32,000 nucleotides of DNA from Sulfolobus acidocaldarius DSM 639 (GCF_000012285.1 NC_007181.1:2070001-2102000), one strand, 5' to 3'. Positions 9,606 to 17,572 are shown, counted from the first letter of the stretch. Program-made: numbers and translations. The notes: generated by a model not told the origin, from the sequence alone.

Positions 9606-10427
9606 TTAATTCTTTTCTTTCTTAACTGAATACCTTACCTTACCTCTTTCCCTGATTTCTTCCACATATCCTAGCCTCACGAGTTTCCTTATCCTCCTAT
9701 ATATGGTGGATTTAGGTAAGCCAGTAAGTCTCATTATTTCTGTTAAGTTATTCCCTCCCATCTTTATGGCTTCTAAAATCATTGTATCTCTCTCATCTAG
9801 TGTTTCATTGGATAAATTTACCTCTTCATCCTCAGCTCCCTGCGTGACGATCTCGACATTTCTCCTCCTGAATAGCCTAACCAAGAAATACAATAGAACA
9901 GCGTCTATTATCACAAGAGCTATGATTATGGGGAATACTAAATTGTTTTGTTGTGAAACTGTAACTTGGGGAGAGGGTGAAGATGCATAAAGTAAAGTAA
10001 TTTGAGACACATTCTTGAATGTCAAATTATATAGATTGTTAACCACTGTAAAGCTACTGGGTTGAGGAGAAATGTAATTTAACGTGGCATTTATGGGAAG
10101 GAGAACAATAACGTTAAAACTGTTATTTTCTACCACGTTAATAACTCCTTTAGGAAGAACTGTATTGTAGACTACGTATATACTCCCTGTAATATTGTGA
10201 AAGTACATGTAACCATTTACTATTGTGTAACTTGCACCTGTCACCCTAATGTCATTATAACTAGAACCTATCAGCTTGAACTGGTTTACATTATTTAATG
10301 TCGCCACAACAGTTCCGTTATAATATATTATGATTTGATTGTTCAACTGTGAAGATGAACTAGACACCACGCATGTAAGGAGTATTAGTAGAGTTAGCAG
10401 AACCCCAAGTTGTAATGAAAACCGCAT
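9606..10427 (-). CDS. Membrane-tethered transcriptional regulator: signal peptide, sequon-rich extracellular domain, one TM, cytoplasmic winged-HTH
   Basis: 273 aa. The N-terminus is MRFSLQLGVLLTLLILLTCVVSSSSS. A beta-rich region carries NGT/NIT/NNS/NAT/NLT/NVS sequons. The TM segment FPIIIALVIIDAVLLYFLV is followed by RLFRRRN (positive-inside). The C-terminus is LTEIMRLTGLPKSTIYRRIRKLVRLGYVEE, a wHTH of ArsR/TrmB style. Confidence 0.75.
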   Translation of the reverse strand: MRFSLQLGVLLTLLILLTCVVSSSSSQLNNQIIIYYNGTVVATLNNVNQFKLIGSSYNDIRVTGASYTIVNGYMYFHNITGSIYVVYNTVLPKGVINVVENNSFNVIVLLPINATLNYISPQPSSFTVVNNLYNLTFKNVSQITLLYASSPSPQVTVSQQNNLVFPIIIALVIIDAVLLYFLVRLFRRRNVEIVTQGAEDEEVNLSNETLDERDTMILEAIKMGGNNLTEIMRLTGLPKSTIYRRIRKLVRLGYVEEIRERGKVRYSVKKEKN

Positions 10428-10451
10428 CTTAGCTTAATTTACATAAAGGGC

Positions 10452-10459
10452 TATTTAAA
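10452..10459 (-). promoter_or_regulatory. TATA-like box (TTTAAATA on minus strand) for the membrane wHTH gene
   Basis: It is centred about 28 bp upstream of ATG 10427. Confidence 0.35.
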
Positions 10460-10470
10460 GAGTTAGCCAT

Positions 10471-10484
10471 AATTTACGTAAATT
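10471..10484. promoter_or_regulatory. Perfect 14-bp palindrome AATTTACGTAAATT (candidate operator)
   Basis: Read directly. It lies just upstream of the TATA-like box of the wHTH gene. The 9-mer ATTTACGTA recurs at 10510-10518. Confidence 0.3.
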
Positions 10485-10619
10485 GTGACAAAAAGACCAT
10501 ATATCGTTTATTTACGTATAGAAATACTTTTTATGATTTAACAGAAAAATTTTACTAATATTTTAAACTCAAATACCAAAATATATTTAATTTAAAAAAA
10601 GATATATGTCTTTATATTT

Positions 10620-11117
10620 TTAGTCTTCAGATTCGTTTTCTTGTTGAGCAGGATGGACTATTATGAGAGGCTCTCTCTTAACATTCAAGTCTCCGTGAGG
10701 ATGCTCACTAACGGTATAGCTTAATGTGACTACCACATTGTATTTTCCAGTAGTGAGGTTTAACGCCTGATGGTCATTATCTAATGACAGAGTCACTACT
10801 TTTCCACTTATGTTCAGTGTAACATTGAAAGAGGAGAACACATTATCTAGTTTTTCCTCATGTAACAATTGAAATACATATGTTCCATTAGCATTCACTA
10901 TTAATGTAGTATTCAGCTTGATCTCTCCGCTCTGTCCGGGTTTTATGTTACCAAGGCTAAAGAATATTGGTGTTAACTGTATTGAAGAGTTGGAGTTGCT
11001 AACGCCTACTACATGGTAGGATATATATGCTAGTGGTCCGTATCCTGATACTCCTGCTACTAATACTCCGGTTGTTAGACCTATTACGGCTAATGCTACC
11101 AATAGTATTGGTTTCAT
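10620..11117 (-). CDS. Secreted or membrane-anchored sequon-rich beta protein, unknown function
   Basis: It has an N-terminal hydrophobic anchor (MKPILLVALAVIGLTTGVLVAGV), at least 6 N-x-S/T sequons and an acidic tail. The ORF track starts at TTG 11120. The adjacent ATG 11117 is preferred. It is a paralog of 11380..11988. Confidence 0.6.
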   Translation of the reverse strand: MKPILLVALAVIGLTTGVLVAGVSGYGPLAYISYHVVGVSNSNSSIQLTPIFFSLGNIKPGQSGEIKLNTTLIVNANGTYVFQLLHEEKLDNVFSSFNVTLNISGKVVTLSLDNDHQALNLTTGKYNVVVTLSYTVSEHPHGDLNVKREPLIIVHPAQQENESED

Positions 11118-11162
11118 CAATTATGTTATTGTCGTTTAGTCCTTATTAATACTCCCTTGTTT

Positions 11163-11178
11163 CACTGTTCCACTGTTC
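11163..11178. repeat. Tandem 8-mer CACTGTTC x2, containing the shared 10-mer CTGTTCCACT (11165-11174)
   Basis: Read directly. It sits about 15 bp upstream (in gene orientation) of the TATA-like ATTAATAA (11143-11150) of the minus-strand paralog. Confidence 0.3.
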
Positions 11179-11320
11179 ATGAAACTGAAGTTTTAAATAG
11201 AATTTATTAGTTCAAAAACTAAAAGACAATCGCGTATAGAATAGAATTTAGGCTCCTATCATGTTATCATAGATCAATTTTGAAAAATGACCAAAAACGT
11301 GATATATTTCCAATTAAATT

Positions 11321-11343
11321 CTGTTCCACTTCTCGGATGGAAC
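11321..11343. promoter_or_regulatory. Second copy of CTGTTCCACT within the inverted repeat GTTCCA-N9-TGGAAC (candidate operator)
   Basis: Read directly. It lies about 20 bp upstream of the TATA-like TTATATA (11350-11356) that sits 27 bp before GTG 11380. Confidence 0.3.
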
Positions 11344-11379
11344 TAATACTTATATAGAATTCATGGGGAATTATGAATC

Positions 11380-11988
11380 GTGGAAAAACAAACACTATTG
11401 ATAATACTACTGATAGTCACAATATTGGTAAATGCATTCTTAGGTATTCAAGTGTACTATCTGATTCATCAATCATCTCATCCTAATGCCCAAACTCCTC
11501 TCAACGTGTCAGATCTCCAGATAGTTAGCCAATCATCAAGTAGTCAGAACACCACGTCGTCTAACAATATGCAGACCAGCAGTATGTCCACAACTGTCAA
11601 CAATAACTCTGGACAAACATATAATTACTCACTTACAGTTAAATTCACTTTACACATTAGAGATCCAGGTGTCTACTTGGTAGTGATAAATCCCAAGATA
11701 TATTTCTATCACCTTTACGTTATATTGTATCTGGAGGACGGTAAAGTAGTATCTCTGAATCTCGATCATACTGCCCAGAATATAACAATAGACAGTAAAG
11801 ACGTAAAAGTGACACTGTATATTTATGCTGAAACTAATCAGCAATTATCTCCTAAGAAGCTCATAGAAGAGATAGGTCTTTCATTTAGCTTTGTATCACC
11901 CTCAGAAGACACTGAAAATGATTTCATCTTAGTTCTTCCTAAAATTTCATTTGATAGTCAATCCTATGACGGAGTAATTTTCTTCTGA
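11380..11988 (+). CDS. Secreted or membrane-anchored protein with Ser/Thr-rich stalk, paralog of 10620..11117
   Basis: 202 aa with a GTG start. It has an N-terminal anchor (LLIILLIVTILVNAFLGIQVYYLI) and an S/T/N-rich linker. TLHIRDPGVYLVV...DGKVVSLNLDHTAQNITI aligns with TLIVNANGTYVFQ...SGKVVTLSLDNDHQALNL of the divergent neighbour. Confidence 0.6.
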   Translation: MEKQTLLIILLIVTILVNAFLGIQVYYLIHQSSHPNAQTPLNVSDLQIVSQSSSSQNTTSSNNMQTSSMSTTVNNNSGQTYNYSLTVKFTLHIRDPGVYLVVINPKIYFYHLYVILYLEDGKVVSLNLDHTAQNITIDSKDVKVTLYIYAETNQQLSPKKLIEEIGLSFSFVSPSEDTENDFILVLPKISFDSQSYDGVIFF

Positions 11989-12132
11989 TTTTTCAGCCAT
12001 TTTTAACAACTAATTATGATTGAAACACATTCTATTGTAGTTAAACTCATGTTAACACAGTTAAAGTATCCCGAACTTTTTCGGACAAAGTTTTATTAGG
12101 AGGTTTTTACAATTACGACATGGCGTAAAGAA

Positions 12133-12903
12133 ATGATTGATTTGGCTCCAATCGCATTAGGATTTTTGGCAGGGGGAACAGTGGCAATAGGAAGTATAGG
12201 AATAACTAAGACTAATATAAGTAAAACTAAGACAGCTTACCTAAGTGTATTAGCAGCAGGTATCCTAGCATATATAGCCTTAGACACTGGACAGGCAGCA
12301 TCTGAGGTTATAGAGGGATACTTAGATCAGAAGCAATTATTCCTCTTCGGTGTTGGGATTGTTGTTACTTCGATTGCACTCCTTGGTACGTGGTTACTTC
12401 TAGCCTCTTTTGACAAGACTAGAGGACCCGCAGAGGCAACACATAACACACCTGTTATATTAGCAGCCGCATTGGGCTTCCATAACATAGGAGAGGGATT
12501 TGCTATAGCAGCAGCTTTATTGGGGGGAGCAGTAGCATCTGCTATAACTTTCACAATAGCCTTTGGTGTCCACAATGCTACAGAGGGTGTTGCAATAGCA
12601 TCTCCTGGAAAGTTGGTGAGGTCAAAGTGGTTAAACCTTAGGAATGTGGTGGTACTCTCGCTGATTGCAGGTTTACCAACAATGTTGGGTGCATCAATTT
12701 ATTACATTGGTATACAAAATCAGCTATTCTTGGCAACACTTAACACAATAGCTACTGCAGCTTTAGTATTTCCAATGATAAGGATAAATATGATAGGTGC
12801 ATCAATGCTAGGTGGCTTTAACGTTAAATTCTGGACTTGGTTCTTCCTAGGAATAGCAATAGCATACGGTTTAGAAAGCTTAGTTACATTGTCCATGAGT
12901 TAA
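12133..12903 (+). CDS. ZIP-family divalent metal (Zn/Fe) transporter
   Basis: 256 aa and polytopic. The duplicated signature HNIGEGFAIA / HNATEGVAIA is typical of ZupT/ZIP permeases. Confidence 0.85.
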   Translation: MIDLAPIALGFLAGGTVAIGSIGITKTNISKTKTAYLSVLAAGILAYIALDTGQAASEVIEGYLDQKQLFLFGVGIVVTSIALLGTWLLLASFDKTRGPAEATHNTPVILAAALGFHNIGEGFAIAAALLGGAVASAITFTIAFGVHNATEGVAIASPGKLVRSKWLNLRNVVVLSLIAGLPTMLGASIYYIGIQNQLFLATLNTIATAALVFPMIRINMIGASMLGGFNVKFWTWFFLGIAIAYGLESLVTLSMS

Positions 12904-12949
12904 GGAACCGAAAATAATTAGGAGTACAAATGCACTTGAGGTTTTTAGC

Positions 12950-13435
12950 CTATTTCGATAATTTCCAATAGGCTCTCCTAAAATATACCAAAGGCGAGAA
13001 ATCCTCTTTAAATATTTTTCCATCAATAACCTCTCCAATAATTATACTGTGGTCGCCTACATCGTGAATCTGATACTTTCTAGCCTCAAGGTAGGCGTAA
13101 CTTTGGGGAAATATGGGGGAGCCCGTTTTCCCCTCTTGGACTTCTATACCGTCAAAACGTTCCTTTACGTCTTTAAAAGCAAATATATCAAGTAGTTTTT
13201 CATTGTCAACAAAGTTTATGACGAAACCGTTACTCTCCCTGAAGGGCTTATCATTCCCTTTTATTCTATCTGCTGAAAACATGATTAGTGGAGGGTTTAA
13301 GGAGAGGGAGTTAAAGGTATTTATGGTCATACCTATATATCTTCCGTTCCAATTTGTAGTAACTATGGCTACGCCTAACGGAAAGTTCCTCATAACGTTT
13401 CTTAGCAGTTCACTCATATGATAAAATCCTCTCAA
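12950..13435 (-). CDS. Flavin reductase-like FMN-binding domain protein
   Basis: 161 aa. FPLGVAIVTT...TINTFNSLSLNPPLIMF follows the pattern of NAD(P)H:flavin oxidoreductase (HpaC-like) domains. TATA-like TTAATATAT lies about 24 bp upstream of ATG 13435. An alternative ATG is at 13417. Confidence 0.8.
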   Translation of the reverse strand: MRGFYHMSELLRNVMRNFPLGVAIVTTNWNGRYIGMTINTFNSLSLNPPLIMFSADRIKGNDKPFRESNGFVINFVDNEKLLDIFAFKDVKERFDGIEVQEGKTGSPIFPQSYAYLEARKYQIHDVGDHSIIIGEVIDGKIFKEDFSPLVYFRRAYWKLSK

Positions 13436-13520
13436 AAGGATATATTAAGTGATTTATGGAACGGGTTTTATGGATAGCTACATTTTTTAGTAAACAAGAG
13501 AAGAAATATATGCGATAAAA

Positions 13521-14297
13521 GTGAACGGAGTAGGATATTTCATATCCCATGGCTCTCCAATGATTCTTGTGGAGGAAAACCCTTGGAAAGGACACTTGGC
13601 TGACTTAGGGAAGGAAATAAAGAACAAGTACGATCCAGAGACAGTGATTATTTCAAGCCCTCACTTCTTCTCTTGGGGTGAAGGCAATTACACCGTTATT
13701 TCTAAAGACCTAAAATGTATACAAGATTACTTTGGTTTTCCAAAGGAACTTTACGAGTTCTGTTACCAGGCTGAAAATGATGTTGAACTTGCAAGTGAAC
13801 TAATAAAGGAAAGTAATGGTATGCTCAAAGTTGAGGAGAAGTGGGGACTGGATCATGGTGCATGGATCCCCCTTTATTATATGTTTCCAGAGGATAAGCC
13901 AAAAGTTGTCCCAATTTCAATCTCTTCTGCTAGTCCCAGAAGACACTATGAATTAGGTTCTATCATCAGAAAGGTCTCAGAAAAACTGGGCAGGAGGACT
14001 TTATTCATAGCCACTGGTTCACCTACACATAGGCTGGACTTACTTTACTTTAACCTTAAACCACGTGCAACGAAGTTTGACGTTTTACTTATAAAGCTCA
14101 TAAATGAGGGAAAGTTCGAGGATATACTTGACATGGATAGTAAGTATCCTAAGGAGTATTCCTCAGCGACCCCTGAAGGAGATCTGAAGACACTTCATAC
14201 TCTCCTGGGGTTTGTGAGACCTACAAAGGCTAAAGTCCTAGGATATGATATACCTTGGGCTGGCGTCAGTATGCTTAGCGCATTATTTGAAGAGTAA
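13521..14297 (+). CDS. Class III extradiol dioxygenase, LigB/YgiD (4,5-DOPA-dioxygenase-like) family
   Basis: 258 aa with a GTG start. Motifs seen are ISHGSPM, GLDHGAWIPL and GSPTHRL. Confidence 0.85.
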   Translation: MNGVGYFISHGSPMILVEENPWKGHLADLGKEIKNKYDPETVIISSPHFFSWGEGNYTVISKDLKCIQDYFGFPKELYEFCYQAENDVELASELIKESNGMLKVEEKWGLDHGAWIPLYYMFPEDKPKVVPISISSASPRRHYELGSIIRKVSEKLGRRTLFIATGSPTHRLDLLYFNLKPRATKFDVLLIKLINEGKFEDILDMDSKYPKEYSSATPEGDLKTLHTLLGFVRPTKAKVLGYDIPWAGVSMLSALFEE

Positions 14298-14348
14298 AAC
14301 AATAAAAAATAAGAGAGAAGATGGGTCACTTAGTAATCATATCAATGC

Positions 14349-14669
14349 TTAAACTACTTCCCTGAAAGTCTCTACTCCTGCGTCTTCATTAAAGCGGACA
14401 TAGAACTTATACTCCCTACCACCTCTCTTGGAGACACATGTCCTGCCACTACTGTAGTTTCCATTTATCACTAACTCGTCAATCCTATCCCAACCTGTTC
14501 TCTTCTTAACCTCCCTTAGCATATTTACGAACTCGAGAGCGCATATATCACAACAGAAGAAGAGTTTTTCCCCATCTATCTCCTCATAGTAGTCTCCCCA
14601 AGTTCCTCCACAAAGTGCACAACCAGTTTCTTTAGTTCCTGCTGTCCTACCATTTACAGTTATTTTCAT
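14349..14669 (-). CDS. Small Cys-rich putative metal-binding protein
   Basis: 106 aa with CALC...CCDIC (two CxxC knuckles 19 residues apart). An ATGA overlap couples it to the upstream gene. It possibly resembles the Thermoplasma Ta0938-type Zn protein, but this is unverified. Confidence 0.6.
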   Translation of the reverse strand: MKITVNGRTAGTKETGCALCGGTWGDYYEEIDGEKLFFCCDICALEFVNMLREVKKRTGWDRIDELVINGNYSSGRTCVSKRGGREYKFYVRFNEDAGVETFREVV

Positions 14670-15580
14670 AAGTTATACACCTTCTTTACTAACTCAGGTT
14701 CTATTTCAAAACCTCTCTCTAATCTTGCTAATAAATATTTCGAAAAGGCATCAAAGGACCTTAGTACAATAATTTGAGCTTGCTCTTTTAATCCCAATTC
14801 CTCAGCATACTTCTCTCCAAGTTTTAATGCTTCAGAGGCATGGGATACATCAGCCTCATATCCTTCCCTCAAGAAATCTTTTACCTCTTGAGGGTACCTA
14901 TCTGAGGAAAGTATCTCAGGATTGAAGTAATGGACTTTGGCACCGTATTGCCTTAAACTTCTGTCAGCTACTAATTCTAAGCTATGCATAGCGAGCATAG
15001 TTTCTAACCATGTTCTTGTCTCAGCCACTCTTCTCCAGAAATTTATTGCGTTTCTGGTACTTGGTAAGGGAGTCATAGAGAGAATTTTCTCCCGTGGCAT
15101 CCCTAAAGACTCTCCCATCCTAAGGAGTAGCTCATAATGTGATGGTCTTACCCCATAGCCTATGAACTCCACCTTAATATTTTCAAGTTCATATTCCATT
15201 ACATCGTCCTTATCAGTCTTAAATACTATAGCAGATAGTACCTTCACCCAGTTTTTAAGAAAGTGTTGATGCTCTATAACGTAACCTAGCAGAACACCTC
15301 TTGTAGGATTTTGCATGGCTGAAATGAAAGGATGAGGGTTTTCTCCGTAAAACCTCTCTATAAATCTCTTTCTTATCCATGATGATAGCTCTGCGGGTTG
15401 ACTGAAGAAATTCTCAAGAGAAACCTTTAGCTCTTCCCTGTTCATTCTTTCATAACTTAAATTTCGATTGAGCCACATAACATGGGACGGGTCACTCTTA
15501 GAGTTTGCCATTAATTCAATATGACCAGCTAAATCTCCCCACGTCTCAAATTTCATCTCACATGAGGGACATAAAGGCAT
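14666..15580 (-). CDS. Heme-oxygenase-like (PqqC/TenA/CADD-type) putative diiron redox enzyme with N-terminal C2H2-like zinc finger
   Basis: 304 aa. The N-terminus is CPSC-x12-H. It is followed by [40 protein letters not shown] and EADVSHASE, which resemble the E / ExxH helix pattern of iron-containing redox enzyme family proteins. Confidence 0.65.
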   Translation of the reverse strand: MPLCPSCEMKFETWGDLAGHIELMANSKSDPSHVMWLNRNLSYERMNREELKVSLENFFSQPAELSSWIRKRFIERFYGENPHPFISAMQNPTRGVLLGYVIEHQHFLKNWVKVLSAIVFKTDKDDVMEYELENIKVEFIGYGVRPSHYELLLRMGESLGMPREKILSMTPLPSTRNAINFWRRVAETRTWLETMLAMHSLELVADRSLRQYGAKVHYFNPEILSSDRYPQEVKDFLREGYEADVSHASEALKLGEKYAEELGLKEQAQIIVLRSFDAFSKYLLARLERGFEIEPELVKKVYNL

Positions 15581-15820
15581 ACATAAACTATTAACATGGT
15601 AAAATAAAAATTAAGTATTAAAATAAACATTTATAAATTGAAAGTAGAAGTCAATTTTTTCTTATAGAGATAAACTATATGACCAATTTTCATTTCTAAT
15701 CAGACTGTATTTTCAGTAGTTTATAAATAGAGTGTGTAGTGACTTCTAATTATTGTTTTAAACGATTATATCATTTTTCTATAGCTAAAAATATAAACAA
15801 CTCACATAAATTAATAGAGT

Positions 15821-16660
15821 ATGGGCTATATAGATGCACATACTCATGCGTGGTTCAGGGAATTCTTACCTCAAAATTTTTCCTCAAAAAATGCAGGTTA
15901 TGAGTTTAAGCCTCCTTCTCTTCAACAAGTCCTAAAGGAAATGGACTCAGCGAACATTGACTACATAGTTATCATAGCTTATCCAGCAAGAGAACTGTGG
16001 AATATTGATGAAAGTATTGCTATCCAGGCTATAGACTTTCTTAAACCCTATGGCGAAAGGTTCTCAGTTGTAGGTGGTATAGAACCTAACAAGCTTACTG
16101 TTGAAGAGACCAAATATTGGCTGGGAAAACAATACGAAAAAGGAGTAGCTGGCTTTAAACTGCATCCCGTACATAGCTGGGTAAAACCTAACGCTTATAG
16201 AGAAGAAGAGGGAGGACTTAAACAGTTGGAAATAATGTATCAGTTTGCAGAGGATCATAACTTACCTGTAATAATTCACACAGGTACCAGTATGTTCTTA
16301 AGGGCAAGAAATAAGTACGGCGATCCCATATATATCGATGATGTTTCTGTAGACTTTCCCAGGCTGAAGATAGTAATGGCTCATATGGGAAGACCTAACT
16401 GGGTTCCCACTGCTTTTCAGTTATGCCGAATTAGAAGAAACATATACGCGGAAATCTCATCTATACCACCAAAGAAGATTTTGGATTATTTGCCAAGAAT
16501 TGAAGAAATTTCAAATAAAACAATTTACGGAAGTGATTATGGTGGACCAGGTACAAAGGGACTTGCAGAAAATTTGAAAGAGTTCTTGTCATTAAACATT
16601 GAAGGAAAGGAAGACATAGCTGATAAAAACCCAAGATCTCTCTACAAGACTCTGAAATAG
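15821..16660 (+). CDS. Amidohydrolase_2 (metal-dependent TIM-barrel hydrolase/decarboxylase) family protein
   Basis: 279 aa. Metal-ligand pattern motifs seen are IDAHTHAW, KLHPVH, IHTGT, AHMGRP and YGSDY. TATA-like AAATATAAA lies about 28 bp upstream. Confidence 0.85.
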   Translation: MGYIDAHTHAWFREFLPQNFSSKNAGYEFKPPSLQQVLKEMDSANIDYIVIIAYPARELWNIDESIAIQAIDFLKPYGERFSVVGGIEPNKLTVEETKYWLGKQYEKGVAGFKLHPVHSWVKPNAYREEEGGLKQLEIMYQFAEDHNLPVIIHTGTSMFLRARNKYGDPIYIDDVSVDFPRLKIVMAHMGRPNWVPTAFQLCRIRRNIYAEISSIPPKKILDYLPRIEEISNKTIYGSDYGGPGTKGLAENLKEFLSLNIEGKEDIADKNPRSLYKTLK

Positions 16661-16759
16661 TTTCGCTATGCAGACCTCTTCTTTATAGTATATTATTCTA
16701 AATTTTGTAAAAAATATAAAATTAAAGATTTAAAAAGACTTAGGTTCTAATTATTCTTT

Positions 16760-17572
16760 ATGGACAGGATTAAGGTTATTGACGCCCATGTCCATTATCA
16801 TATTTATAAAGGCTTAATCCCTGATGAATGTAAAGGATTTCTAAGGTACACAAAAGATACTAAGATGACACTGAGTAACGATTGGGTGGAACTAGATAAA
16901 ATACTCCTGGTACCATCCCACCCCTGTTATACCAGAGAGTGCTACGACGGTTTTTACATAGATTATGAGGAGAGAAAGAGAAATCCTGACTTATATTTAC
17001 AGTGGGGCGAGGTAAACCCCTTAACCTGTAATGTTAAGGAGGAATTAGAGAAGCAATACTCACTAGGAATTATAGGAATAAAACTACATCCACCTCATCA
17101 CGGTTTTAAACCTAACGGTTACAGGGAAGAAGAGGGAGGGCTAAAGTCCTTATTGTACATCTACGAGTTTGCCCAAGATCACGACTTACCTGTCATGATA
17201 CACACAGGAACGAGCATAGAGGGTGCCACGAGAAATAAGTATTCTGACCCAATATTAATCGACGATGTAGTGAAGGACTTTCCAAAACTTAAAGTAATCA
17301 TAGCCCATGCAGGGAGACCCATATGGTACACTACCGCCTTTTATATGGCTAAATACTTTGACAACGTGTATTTAGAGATATCCTCTATTCCTCCGAGAAA
17401 TATACTGAAGTACTTACCTAATTTGCTCACCATACCTGAGAAAGTAATATATGGTAGCGACTTTCCTGCATATGTGGGGCAAGATTTAGCAGAGTATGCC
17501 CATCAGATTTATGAAGTGGTAAAGGACAGGAGGATATTGAGGGATAATATTTTACGGCTTATCAAGTTTTGA
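16760..17572 (+). CDS. Amidohydrolase_2 family protein, tandem paralog
   Basis: 270 aa with IDAHVHYH, KLHPPH, IHTGT, AHAGRP and YGSDF. Long blocks are identical to the upstream gene, for example YREEEGGLK, HTGTS and EISSIPP. Confidence 0.85.
   Translation: MDRIKVIDAHVHYHIYKGLIPDECKGFLRYTKDTKMTLSNDWVELDKILLVPSHPCYTRECYDGFYIDYEERKRNPDLYLQWGEVNPLTCNVKEELEKQYSLGIIGIKLHPPHHGFKPNGYREEEGGLKSLLYIYEFAQDHDLPVMIHTGTSIEGATRNKYSDPILIDDVVKDFPKLKVIIAHAGRPIWYTTAFYMAKYFDNVYLEISSIPPRNILKYLPNLLTIPEKVIYGSDFPAYVGQDLAEYAHQIYEVVKDRRILRDNILRLIKF

Noticed and set aside
10620-11988. The two small surface proteins as type IV pilin or archaellin-like proteins.
   Set aside because: The N-termini lack the class III signal peptide pattern (a short basic leader ending in G/A, followed directly by the hydrophobic helix). 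No pilus assembly ATPase, membrane platform or prepilin peptidase genes are nearby.
12327-13421. Antisense ORFs 12327..12575 (inside the ZIP gene) and 13113..13421 (inside the flavin reductase gene).
   Set aside because: They are shadow ORFs opposite motif-supported genes.
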